Shown piece by piece: positions 50,401 to 62,870 of a DNA stretch of 64,000 bases (its first letter is position 1; the number at the start of each line of letters is the position of its first letter). A program made the translations under genes and the position numbers. Origin of the DNA: Nemertoderma westbladi (Eukaryota; Animalia; Xenacoelomorpha). The notes under the pieces were generated by a model that searched no databases, had not been told where the DNA came from, and worked only from the letters and a program-made list of their open reading frames with translations. The stretch spans positions 1 through 64,000 of the forward strand of contig JAUCBJ010006596.1 in assembly GCA_032718475.1 (NCBI GenBank), written 5' to 3'.

Positions 50401-51820
50401 CGGAACGAATTCCACTGGAATGCGAACCATGATGTAGCCTTCCAGCGTATCAAACAATCCCTGACATCACCTCCGATCTTGGCACCATTTGACATACAAA
50501 GGGAAACAAGATTAGAAGCGGATGCCTGCCGGATTGATGGGGGACTGGGATATGACCTACTGCAGCGTCACGGAGACCAATGGAAGTTGGTCACCTGTGG
50601 CAGTCGGTTTCTTTCCGATGCCGAGACTCGGTATGCACCTATCGACCTGGAGACTCTGGCAATACATTATGCCTGCACCAAGTGCCGGCTATACCTTGCG
50701 GGTCTACCCAAATTTACAGTCATATCAGACCACAATCCCCTTCAATCAATATTTAACTCAAAAAACTTGGAGCAAGTTACAAATCGGAGGATACAACGCC
50801 TAAAGGCAGACCTCCAGTCGAACTATATATTTGATGTTGAGTGGCGTGCTGGCCGCAAACATTGTATCGCGGATGCACTAAGCCGCCACCCTGTGGACCG
50901 TAAACCCAAAGATAATGAGACCGATGAGTTCCATACCATAGGCCATATCTGTACCGCAATCCAGGGTACTAACGATGATGAGCTTGTAATCGAACTCCAA
51001 CACGCAGCCCTAGAAGATATCGAGTACCAAGAGCTCATAAAACTCATACTTGCAGACTTCAAAGGGACCCACAAGAACCTAGATTCAATGCGACCTTATC
51101 GCTCTATCCAAAACAACCTATCAGTGGATGATGGTCTAGTTCTATATGGTGACAGGATAGTTGTCCCACAAGCAAACCGAAGCGATATCTTAAACCGTCT
51201 ACATGCCGCTCATCAAGGTGTCACTCGCACCAAACAACGTGCGCGGCACACCGTGTACTGGCCTGGGATAACAGGTGATATCGAGCGGATGGTACGCAAT
51301 TGCGACGCCTGCCAGACTCACCTCCCCAGTCTTCCAAAAGAACACTTAATGGCCGACCCTACCCCTGACCGACCATTCCAATCCGTTTCAGCAGACCTTT
51401 TCACCACAGGGGGTGAACACTTCCTGGTGTATGCTGATCGAATGTCAGGCTACCCATTAATTGCACAATGGCGATCCGATCCAACTGCACTTCAGTGCAT
51501 CCGTGTCGTCCGACAATTCTTTGTCGACCTTGGTGTACCGACCAGCTTTCATTCCGACGGAGGTCCTCAATTTTCCGCCGCCATCTTCAGGAAATTTCTG
51601 AAAAGATGGGGAGTACGATGGGAGGCTTCGACTCCGCACTTCCCAAGCAGCAACGGCCATGCCGAGGCCATGGTCAAACTAATAAAAACATTGCTGCGCA
51701 AACTTCGGCGACCAGACGTTCACTCCGAGGAATTTCAAGAGGGGCTGTTAGAAATTCGGAACACCCCAAGAGGAGGCGGGCGATCACCCAGTGAAATCGT
51801 GTTTGGGCGACAAATCCGAA
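47271..51820 (+). mobile_element. Gypsy LTR retrotransposon, 3' end and 3' LTR missing
   Basis: 5' LTR, PBS, then gag-PR-RT-RH-IN order; no second LTR found in the window. Confidence 0.93.
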
Positions 51821-52611
51821 TCTCTTTGGATAATCCTATTATAAATACACATTCTCCACTACTTCCTGCTATTGTTCAAAGTCAGTGTCTATACTCTTTG
51901 CCTCTAGATATGTCCTCCAAGGAAGAAATGGCGTACCACCATTTTCGCCTGGTGGGGGAGAAACTGCGGTTTGACATTCCCCAGATAGTGGGACCTACCT
52001 GCTCCGGATTTCTCTGTGATAGGAGAAAGGCAACGATGCAGTGCTGCTGCATCGACAAGGTGTCTACAGAAGGATGGGCATTGGCTGCTGTGGTGGTTGC
52101 TCTAACCAGCGATCATCTGATACCATTCGAGAATGGTGATTTGTGGCAGAGCTTGGGTTTGACAAATTTGTTTTTGTCAAGTCAGGCTTTGACACTGCCC
52201 CGCTCACGGTTCGATAGCAATAACCTGCGTGAGAACATAACTAAAATGGCTACGGCTATCAATGAGCAAGGGGGTTTCACCATCTCGGGGTGGTACAAGT
52301 GTGGCAAAGCTGCCACAGATGATATTATATTATCTGTGCACGATATGCACATAGCTGCCATATCACCATCCGTTGCCCTCCAGCAGACAAACTTGTCGAT
52401 GCAGTATTTGCCAGCTGCGCCTTCCTTTACTCCTGTTATTGCGGTCCAACCACGAACCGTGATTGTGAGCCCGGCAGATTCTGCCACTGCCAGAGCCCGG
52501 GCTATTGCTGCGGCCACTTCGGCTACCACCACCTCTACTACTTCTACTACCACTTCGACTAATACGAGTACCACATCCGCTACTACTACCGGCACTTCTG
52601 CATCATCCTAG
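47659..52611 (+). CDS. Gypsy gag-pol polyprotein with one internal TGA (48016-18), fused in frame to family X after the integrase
   Basis: 47659 and 48073 ORFs share a frame; CGGCSKKGHYKRCC knuckle, ADTGAEVT protease, LDAKTGYWQ/CVDDIL RT, EADAC RNase H, HAAHQG..CDAC and SADLF/SDGGPQF/SNGHAE integrase; non-Gypsy sequence follows SPSEIVFGRQIR. Confidence 0.85.
51821..52611 (+). pseudogene. Family X, divergent intronless C-terminal two-thirds with Thr/Ser tail
   Basis: DNPIINTHSPL...TCSGFLCDRRKATMQCCC...GWAL...SLGLTNLF...LRENI...INEQGGFTISGWYK...MHIAAISP, collinear with the exons at 15.5, 39.1 and 40.1 kb. Confidence 0.6.
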
Positions 52612-55009
52612 TCTATTTTCATTCTTTATACAGTAGATAGAATTACCGCGAAATAGGAACATACTGTATTTCTGTATTTCTTTTACGTATGATATTGTAC
52701 AGTATATTTATAATTACTAAGTAAACATAGGTCAGTTTAGTCTACAACGCCCACCTCCAGGCTATTGTATTGTCTCTCTGGCCTTCATACATCTGGAACT
52801 GATACCCCCACCCCCTGCATTCCGGACACAACAGTAAGTGATTATTACAGTATAACAATAATTGTGAAATCATATCAAAATGTTATTATTTCATATCTAG
52901 ATGTATTTGATTGTAATCATGTTAAATATTTGTGTGAGATAGATATAAATTATGATTCAATATTATATAACTTATATGCAATATAATTACATTCGCATTC
53001 CAATTAATTAAACAATAACACGCAATGCTAACCAATATTGATGGATTGGCACGAATTTATTTTATAAATTCGTGGCCATCCATTTCTTCCCTAATCTTGA
53101 TTTCCATATTTAATTTTTTAGCAACCCATTACATTAATTATATAAAAAGAATTATTATTCTGTTACAGGAAATAGAAAAATAACGAATCATAAGTGTTTC
53201 AATTATTTTATTATCATTTTACTGAAATTAATAAATTGATTACTATTAATTCATTTTAATTTACTTTAAATTTTGAAAGCAACTTGTGAAATATTTAATT
53301 TGTACTTTTTAATATGTATTATGTACGTTACTATACATGTAGAATTCTACTGTCATGTACGATTGAGTTGTTTTGCTTGTTCTCTTCATTTGCCATTTAC
53401 CATAACTGCATAACCACTAATACTGTACTATAGAAAATAGTGAAATAAAAATATACTGTGTATTTGTGCATTACTTTTCAGGCTAATTGAAATATAACAC
53501 ATACACTGTGTCTGTGTTTTTTATTGACACAAACATATCGATAACGCACATTACCAATTTATATGTACATTATACTGTACTGTAGTTTCGTTACTGTATA
53601 GAATTCGATTCGGGACAAGTATGGCCTATTTATGTGTCGCGTATTACAGACGCTGATGTACACTGATGTGACAATGTAACTGCTTTATATAGTGTGCGAT
53701 GGGTACTGTAATGTATGTGCTGTCTATAAACGAACAGAAGTTTATATTTAATTACTTGAACTATTGAATTGCAGCCGCGCCGCTTTGTCTATTACGTAAC
53801 TGACGTCAGGGTGGTTGGTTGGCAGTCGAGACCCAGTGTGTAAAGAGTAAAACTCACTCGCGACGTTCAGGGCACTAGTCCCATGATGTTAATATATAAT
53901 TACCAGTAACTGAGCAACTCAACTGACCACTCGTGGAACCCCACATCAAACTCTGCCGTCCCTGCAACTATCCCTTCCGACCCAGGTAGGGTGGGGCTAT
54001 TTCAAAATTCAAATTTCAATATCAAAATTTATCCCTCTCCTGGGGAAAGTCGACGCTAAAATCAGCTGATTGCTTCCAAAAATTAAACTACAATTCTGCT
54101 GTTGCTACTATTAACTTTTTTGTATTAATTAATAATTAACATAGTTAATTAGACTAAACTAGATATTATTCGTGGAGGAGGGATTTGCTCAATCCCCCCC
54201 CCCCCCCCCACCCCATCTGCCTTACCCAACACCAGTAACCGTGGGAACCGGAACTATGTATATATTTCTCCGACTTCGACTCCTGGCCGACGCGTGCGCT
54301 CTACATTCTTTCGCTTACGTTCCAGAATCGGATTACCTACCTCTGGATAACGCGTTGACTAACTACTAAACTAGTCAGTGGTGTTATCGGTAGAGTTTAA
54401 GTCCTACTGTATTACTCTGTCTGGCTGGACACGCGAGGTATTTATTCACAACAGCGACTGGGGGATAGTGTTAGAGGTCGGGAAATATCACGGGAGTTAC
54501 TTTATTTATATGTCGTATTTTTTGTGTAATTCTTTTTTATATTTGCGTTCGATTATTTGCGTTGTATTATTTCAGTAGAGTTCTCTTAGTTTAGTGAATA
54601 TTTTAGCAGTCATTACGTTTCGAAGGCTGTGTGTCAGGTAAGCTCATATTATTGCCAGGTTCTATTATTGCCGTAGAGAAAATTTGTTTAAGGGGGGGGG
54701 GGGGGGGGGGGGGGGGTTACACCATTTTCGGACAACTCTTCGATTTATCACTCTCAGCGTTTCAAAATATTTTGGTTTTGGCTATAATTTTGAACATAGG
54801 TGCCTAAGATGCTATTCTACATGATAGGTTAGAAAATTTTTTTTTTTCGCTATTTAATATTAGTTAATACTAGTTAACAATAAAAAAAACTTGGTTGCGC
54901 TTAAAACCCTAAGGCTTTTACAGTTTTGAATCTAATCACATGAAAGTTTTTTTATATGATAGATCAAAGATGGAGCAACATAACTATCAGGCGAAATTTT
55001 GTGAAAATT

Positions 55010-55895
55010 TATCTTGGAACGATGTCAACACAAATTCAACAGCATCTTAAAATACTTTCTAGAACATTTCCACAAGTAGAACTCAAACTAATATTTAGAC
55101 CCACATCTCGACTGGCTAATTACTTTCCCTACAAGGACAGATTTCCCAAAGCGATGAGATCTCTTACTTTATATCACTTTAAGTGCACCAGCTGTAATGC
55201 TGACTACATCGGTAAATCCGAGCGCCACTTTAAAGTAAGAATCTCTGAGCACCTTGCGAAGTCTCCCCGAACAGGAAAGCCAACAGCCACTCCTAGACAC
55301 TCCTCCATACATGAACATGCACTTGAGTACGACCACCGATTCGAATACCAAGACTTTAATATTATAGGTACAGCCACTAACAACTACGATCTACTAATTA
55401 AAGAAAGTCTAATTATACAGAAACGAAGACCATCACTTAACATACAAGACACTTTATTCCCGCTATATCTATTTTAATTATGATAACTATTACATACAGT
55501 ACAATTCTAATGTATCTACTGTAATGAACACACTACCTAGTTAGTTTACTGCCTTTAGTCTTTGATTGCTACCGGTACTGTAATTTTTTCTATAATTTCT
55601 CTGTAATCCTGCATTTACTTCATTGTACTTAGTAAAAATATTCTGATTTACTTTTATCGTAATTACCCATCCTATCACATTTTGAATTTTGTTTACTCTT
55701 ATCTTTTACATTAATTTTAGGTTTTTTCATATAATTATAGTTATTTTGTACCTACAGTATTATGGCTGATGATGTATAACGTAATATACGAAACGTTCCG
55801 GATTTAAACAATAATTATGTTCTTTCAAATCGCACTTACTTATCTTATTTTGTCTCAAATTAAGATATCCTCCTGGGATCACCATAACTACAATC
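55010..55895 (+). mobile_element. Second Penelope-like family: GIY-YIG end, 3' UTR, hammerhead, start of next ORF
   Basis: LYHFKCTSCNADYIGKSERHFKVRISEH...LLIKESLIIQKRRPSLN; after the ribozyme MFF.../LKLRYPPGITITTI resembles PLE N-termini. Confidence 0.85.
55761..55802 (+). ncRNA. Minimal hammerhead ribozyme motif
   Basis: GG-CTGATGA-T-GTATA-ACGTAA-TATAC-GAAA-CG-TT-CC: perfect 5-bp stem II, palindromic AACGTT stem III, short stem I. Confidence 0.8.
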
Positions 55896-55899
55896 ACAG

Positions 55900-56871
55900 T
55901 TGTCAACCGTTTATAATTTCACTATGGCTAGGGGATTCAAAACCTCATAATATTAGTGATTATTTGCAAAATTTTGTGGATGATGTTTCAAAAAGTGGTT
56001 CTGAGATTCAGCTACTTACTTGTGATTCGCCAGCTCAGGCAATGTTGCTGGGGATTAAGTCACATTCGGGATATTCGTCATGTTCCTACTGTCACATCCA
56101 TGATGAGCCATTCTATGTCATTAATGCACAAGGAGTACAGCGATTTAAGAAGGTTATACTAAAGGGAACTGGTGCCAGTTTCGCTTCCAGAACAGACCAA
56201 GACTACAAACAAATGACTGACATAAATCATCAACATGAACTCTCGCCTTTGCGTAATGTTATCGGTCTATCAAGTCTATATACATTAGTTTCGCGGAAGA
56301 TTTAATACATCGCTTTTATAATGAGGTAGAACAATTATACAGTTGTGCATTTTACACATATAACATGCATATATTAACTCATTTGACACAATTCTACAGG
56401 AAATATGGACCATTAGATTGTTGGAGCTGCTTTAGATTTGAGTCTTTCATGAGTCAGATAAAAAGATCAATAAAAAGTAAGCGAATTGACTTAATGTTGC
56501 AAGAAGCGATTTGTCACTATTTGCAACGAAAGGCATTCGATATTACAACTGGAACCCAGAGAAGTTTTGAGGAAACTGCCAATGATACTCGACGGTACCT
56601 ATGGCCAGGCAGATGTATTTGTACAGAGATGGGAATGTTTGTCATTACATCAACAAATAGTAAACTATGTGAGGCTACAGGCACTAAACTTGAATGGGTC
56701 AGCAATGTCTACTCAAGTCCTGCACCAAGCAGGGATTATGGAGAGGCCTATTACAGGAGGACTGATGAAACATCAACATTTTCTACTAGAGAATTTACTT
56801 GGTGTATAGCTGTTCCAGTTGTTCACAATAATAGTGAATCGTTGATTTTCATAACCAAACTATTGAGCTAA
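55900..56871 (+). pseudogene. CACTA/EnSpm transposase fragment with internal deletion
   Basis: LTCDSPAQAMLLGIKSHSGYSSCSYC and YNMHILTHL...YGPLDCWSCFRFES motifs. Confidence 0.88.
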
Positions 56872-56944
56872 CTTACATAATTACAGTCCTTTAAACGGAT
56901 ATCAAAATCTTGTTTAATTTTTTGAAACAATCCATAAAAAGACA

Positions 56945-57305
56945 GGTAGCCGTAAAACGCGGATCCGGATACGGATCAGGACCCGGATTTGCGAGTGTAA
57001 AAGGCGGATCCGGATTCAGGATCCGGATCAGGTCCCGGATTTGCGAGTGTAAAACGCGGATCCGGATCAGGACCCGGATTTGCGAGTGTAAAACACGGAT
57101 CTATTGGAATAAATCTATCGGACATATGAATCCGCACCTTACACTCCATTCCGGATCTGAAAAAAGGCCAATCCGCGTTTTACACTCAGTTACGGATTTC
57201 GTAAATGTAGCAGTGCACGGATCCGCAGATTTCACCCTAAAAACTTCCATAGGGACAATGTTAAATGATAGAATCCGGATCCTGATCTGCGTTTTACTCT
57301 GACCC
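56945..57305. mobile_element. Small palindromic non-autonomous element with GTAAAACGCGGATCCGG subrepeats
   Basis: Imperfect terminal inverted repeat GGTAGCCGTAAAACGCGGATC / GATCTGCGTTTTACTCTGACC; direct subrepeats on the left, inverted on the right; no clear TSD. Confidence 0.55.
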
Positions 57306-57491
57306 TAAAAGGACATCCATAAAAAAATTTGCTGCACAGGGGGGGGGGGGGGGGGGTGTAAGGGGGGTAATGATTATTACATCATATCCCTTGTAGATTT
57401 TGCCCAAAGAAATTTATAATTGTTTTAAAATAGGGTCTTTCGAAAAATTTCATTATTGTAATTGTAATTGCACTACTAATCGGATTTACTG

Positions 57492-57900
57492 TTACTTATT
57501 ATTAATTGTTAAATTGATAATGAACTTACTGTTTCGTTTCGGCCGGCTGTTACTAAGGTTTTTCTTAGCATCACGTAATAGTTGTTCGAATTTTTCGGCT
57601 GTGAAATCAGGTCTATTTATGTTAACCTTAAGCAATAGATACACGACACCTGTCTTGATAAGGGACAACTTCTTCTGTTCTTTATTTTTGCCCCTTCCTG
57701 TATAGGAAGTTTGTCGCGCAAAGTCTGGTGTTAATAAACTACCGAACTGGAGATACACGGCATCTCTAAGTGTATGCCTGCCCACCGAGCCTGGTCAACT
57801 CTTGTGCTATGTCTTGATTATCCATTAATGAAATAAGTTCTGTTTCGTTATTGGCGGGTGTAAATGACCGCGGATATCTTTTGGTGTATCCATCACAATC
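57492..57900 (-). pseudogene. DUF4806/BEN-like gene fragment convergent with the CACTA transposase
   Basis: TRLGG/TLRDAV...LLTPDFARQTSYTGRGK...KKLSL pattern; frameshift near 57780. Confidence 0.6.
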
Positions 57901-57914
57901 ACATTTTTCACGAA

Positions 57915-58320
57915 TCAATGGAGATATCCTCTCAATACCCGTGAACTTAGAATGTTTGTCAAGAACATGTTGGACAAAGCTGGAGCTAATGTCAAACAAT
58001 TTAAAGACAATCGCCCTGGAAAAACATGGGCAACTGCCTTTCTTAAGCGCCACAAGGATCAGCTCTCAACTCGTGCTTGTCAGAATATTAAATCTCTACG
58101 TGCCGAGGTTGGAGAAGGGGATATTATTGATTACTTTAAGAACCTAAAGGAAGCTCTAGAATCTGTTCCTTCATCCAACATATGGAACTACGATGAAACG
58201 AATTTCACCGACGATCCAGGTCCCAGCCAGGCTGTATTTAAACGTGGTCAGAAGTACCCAGAACGATTAATGGACCACTCTAAGACAGCCATATCAGTGA
58301 TGTATATTGCATATCAGTGA

Positions 58321-58356
<36 letters not shown>

Positions 58357-60324
58357 GTATTACTGTAGTTCGGATGGAGATGTACTACCCCCCTATGTTT
58401 GTTATAAGGCAGATAATTTGTGGCATTCTTGGTGTGAGAATGCACCCAAGGGAACAAGATTCAATAGGACCAAAAGTGGTTGGTTTGAAGGAGTGACATT
58501 CTTTGAGTTCTTCATGGAACGCTTACTTCCCCATCTCAAGAGTCAGATTGGCTGTAAGTTGGTAATAGGTGACAATCTCTCAACCCACTTGAATTATGAT
58601 ATAATAAAGGTGTGCATGACTCTTGAGAAGAATGTAGAAATGATTCTATATAGGATTAGGCCTCACATAGAGAAACTACTGCGTAAGAGCCAAAACGGAT
58701 TTCGACCAAGTAGATCAACAATAGCTCAGATACTTGCACTACGGAGACTGATTGAAGGAATTAAGTCAAAGAATCTCCCCGCAGTCATGACTTTTGTGGA
58801 CTTCAAGAAGGCATTCGACTCCATCCATAGAGGTAAAATGCTTGAAATCCTAAGAGCTTATGGAATACCAGAAGTAATTGTTGCTGGCATTGGATTGTTA
58901 TATTGTGACACAGAAGCGCAGGTACTCTCACCAGATGGTGAAACTGAGTTTTTCTCAATCCTGGCTGGCGTACTGCAAGGTGACACATTAGCACCATTAC
59001 TATTTGTAATTGTGCTGGATTACGCAATGAGGACGGCCACAAAGGGTGAAGATCTGGGATTCACACTTCAAGAACGCAGAAGTAGTAGATATCCGGCAAC
59101 TACAGTCACAGACACCGACTTTGCGGATGACATCTCCCTGCTCTCTAATACGCTAGCAGATGCACAGCTTCTACTAAATAAAGTGGAGAGGGTTGCTAAG
59201 GAGGTTGGATTGCATATAAATGCTACCAAGACCGAATTCATGACCTTTAATGTTGATGGAAACTTGACAACCATTGATAATAATCAACTAAGGAAGGTCG
59301 ATGACTTCCAGTACCTTGGATCATGGATAGAGAGTAGCAAAAAGGACATAGAAGTTAGGAAAGCAAAGGCTTGGGTAGCTCTATCAAAAATGGATACCAT
59401 CTGGAAATCAGATCTCTCCAGGCACCTGAAGACTAAGTTCTTCCGAGCCACAGTGGAAAGTGTATTTTTATACGGGGGTGAGACCTGGACACTGACTAAA
59501 TCACTTGAACAACGAATCGATGGTTGCTACACAAGACTACTAAGGGCAGCCCTAAACATCAGCTGGAGACAACACATGACAAACGCCGAGCTTTATGGTA
59601 CAATACCACCTGTATCAACCACCCTCCGTGAACGCAGATTAAGATTCAGTGGGCACTGCTGGCGAAGTAAAGACGAGGTCATACCAGATCTACTTCTCTG
59701 GCAACCAACTCATGGAAAGCGTAGTCGTGGACGACCTGCCATAACATATATAGATCAACTTGAAAGGGATACTGAACTTGGGAGAAACGAAATTGCGACA
59801 ACTATGGAGAATCGGGAAGCCTGGAAGGATCTCATTTCCACTGTCCGAGTTCGCTCGACCTAGTAGTAGTAGTAAAGGTGTGCAAGGACAAGAACATCAG
59901 ATTTGTTTTCCTCCCTCCAAATAGTACACATCTCACACAACCTCTTGATATTGCTTACTTTCGTGGAATGAAAAGAGCTTGGAGGACAATATTAGCGGAT
60001 GTGAAGATAGAGAATGGAGGTCGTGGTTCATTGCGTAAGGATAGATTTCCTTCTCTACTGCATCTTCTTGAAGATAAAATCTCCATCAAAAGTGCTGTTA
60101 ATGCTCAGGCGGGATTTAAAGCTGCAGGTATTCATCCCTTCAACCCACAGGCTGTTCTGTGTAAGCTCCCGGGCAATGCCACTCTATGCAACCAACATCA
60201 AACCCAAATCAGTCCACCCATTGTGAATGATGTTGTCTTGCAGCACCTCCAAAGTTTGAACAAAGCTCAGAACAAGGCTAAGCGAGGAAAGAAGGTTTAC
60301 ATTGCAGCCGTGACGAACCAATAG
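57915..60324 (+). pseudogene. pogo/Tigger DDE transposase interrupted by RTE
   Basis: CENP-B-type FKDNRPGKTWATAFLKRH, IWNYDET, SDGDVLPPY, KSGW, IGDNLSTH, FLPPNSTHLTQPLD. Confidence 0.92.
58617..59872 (+). mobile_element. RTE family A, 5'-truncated, RT open, inserted in pogo
   Basis: QNGFR, FVDFKKAFDS, GVLQGDTLAP, FADD, YLGS; (TAG)n tail; 12-bp TSD TAAAGGTGTGCA at 58605-58616 and 59873-59884. Confidence 0.95.
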
Positions 60325-60389
60325 CGAAGGTTTCACGAATCTTAAAAATATTCCACGCGCCTTTTACGAATGCCGCATGCGGCACGAAT

Positions 60390-60921
60390 GCGTTACGAAT
60401 GCGGATTTTTTACTGGGAGGTGATTGATGCAGACTTGCATTAAAGTCTCCCAGGAATGTTAAGAATGCATGCTGATCCACTCCATCAGTAGCTGCTTGTA
60501 GATTGTGGTAGAAATTTTCCACCTCCTCTACAGGGGCAACACTAGTTGGAGAGTAGCACACAATCAGAACCACCTTAGGAAACTTCTTAGCCAGTCTTCC
60601 AGAACATGAGAAGTGGCAATGGATGATGCGGTTAGAGATTTGGTCTATTTTGTCAAATGCTGCATGTGCAGTTGGATTCATCAATAGACCAATCCAACCA
60701 TTGCCACTATTATCTGCTGACGTGAGGGCGAGTCGCCAACCGCCCCCCATGTCCTTAATCAGAACCTCATCAGTCTGTCCAGTCTGCATTCGGTACTCTT
60801 GAACACCCACTGCGCTAAGAGAAAGCTTATCTGCCAAGGCAGCCAGCTCACCTTGTCGCATTGGGGACCCGAGTGTTAGGGTGTTTACTGAGGCTAGTCT
60901 AGTGACTTGCCTCAGATTCAA
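60390..60921 (-). mobile_element. RTE-type apurinic endonuclease fragment
   Basis: LASVNTLTL, VGVQEYR, GWIGLLM, ISNRI, CYSPT, FYHNL, LGDFNA motifs. Confidence 0.88.
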
Positions 60922-62394
60922 CTGCAGACATCATTGACTCTATCAATGAGAGAGTCGTTACTGATGCAGGTATGTTAATTGAACATATGTTAATTGACTA
61001 ATTCTCGCCAAACATTGGGCTGGTACATAATGTGGTTGCATAGATACAGCAATTAAAAACTAGGAAGGTGCCGATTCCCCCCCCCCCCCCCCCCCCCCCG
61101 TAGTAATAGGGTTAATTAAGTAGTCACTAATCAGTGCTTTGTCGCTGTTGTCTTTTGAATGTGAAGTTGTGAGGGAAATCAACTTTGCTGATATACTGTA
61201 CTCTACAATTTTGTACAATTAAAATATAGAAAAAAAACCTATATGAGATACAGAAGATAAATTGATAAGTTGTTAGTGTAATTGTAGAAATAAATGTTTT
61301 TAACAATTTTCAAATCCAAATAATTTCGTTGGTATTCGCCGGTATTTGACATTGACCAACTGCCTTGCATTGCGCAATTCAATTGAGTGCCACCAGATGG
61401 CTCTTCATATTTATAGCATGGTCTAAGAAACGACTTTTTAAATAAATAAACAGCACAGTTTGAAAATTAAACTGAAAAATGTAACTAACTTTTTTTCCAT
61501 AGGAAAAAACTAACCCATAGGATTGCTGGATGGATAATTTTTATATATATTTATATATTGGATATATTTAATTACTGCTTTAATTAGGGTTTGGGCCGCC
61601 ACTCTTGTAAACTGCGAGGCCCACAAGCGCGAGAAAAAGTGGCGCCTCTGGTGGGATATCCCCAGTTACAAAAGTTGCTCGTGTGAAGGGGCCAGCAACA
61701 TTTTGCAGAACCAAATTTCCGCAACAAAACTTGCTCGTGTGAGGCCAGCCTTATGTTGAGAATAAAAATGCCTGTGAAGTATTTTGGCAAGCAAAACAGT
61801 GTTTGACAAAAGAAATCGGTGTCTATCCCCACTAAATCGATAAATGCAGTTCAGATGAGCATTATTCTTGATTGTGAGGTAATTTTAATTAGGGATGTAT
61901 TCTTTTTAATGTGCAATATCTCGAGAAATAATCACTCTAATCTTGATCTTAATCGATCATCGCAGTTCTAATGAGTTAATTTAATTAACCTATGGGTATC
62001 AGGTATATACCGGTACCAAAAGTGGGTCATTCAAATTTTTATATTCTTTTTATAATTTATTTTTATATTCTTTTTATAACAATAATGAATATGTAATGTA
62101 ATAAGTCATTGTATAATACAATGAATATCAATTACATATCACATTTATTATTATTTTATATAGTAAAGTTATCCGTTCCCTGGACGGAATCTTTGCTTAT
62201 ATTCCTGCACTATGGGTGGGGTTATGCTGCCGTGCGTGGGTTAAGACTGAATTGCATTATTTAACGGCTGTATTTTTAATTGGCTGGCAGTTTTACCAAT
62301 CAAAAAGTGTCAAAATGTTACCACCGGTGTTCTAAAAATATCCATGGTGTGGTGAGTGGTGACTTTTTCTATAACCCCGATTTGTGGTGCCAAA

Positions 62395-62870
62395 ATTTAA
62401 AACCGGAATTTAATTAACACAAACCATGGTTTCATAGGTTTTAAAACCTTAGTTTGAGGGACAAACCGTGCTTTCTTAGGTTTTTAACCTTCGGTTTGAG
62501 AGATTCCACGAATTTAAACCTTGATATTAAAATTTGGAACACCATTTTATTATGGTAGCTAAATATAAAACCGTAATTTAATTAACACAAACCATGGTTT
62601 CATAGGTTTTAAAACCTTAGTTTGAGGGACAAACCGTGCTTTCTTAGGTTTTTAACCTTCGGTTTGAGAGATTCCACGAATTAAAACCTTGGTATTATAA
62701 TTTGTAACCTCATTTTGTTATGGCGCCTAATTATAAAACCGTAATTTAATTAATCAAACCATGGTGTTCTAGGTTTTAAAACCTTGGTTTAAGGGACAAA
62801 CCATGCTTTCATAGGTTTTTTAAACCTCGGTTTGAGAGATTAGCCACGAAATATAACCTTGGTATTTTGA
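62395..62870. repeat. 168-bp tandem repeat, ~3 copies with internal AAACC..GGTTT subrepeats
   Basis: TAATTAA anchors at 62411, 62579, 62747. Confidence 0.9.

Noticed and set aside
1293-61098. Long poly-G/poly-C tracts (1293, 30976, 37027, 39084, 54195, 54692, 57339, 61077) as functional G4 sites
   Set aside because: Pure homopolymers in unrelated contexts; slippage or sequencing length error is sufficient.
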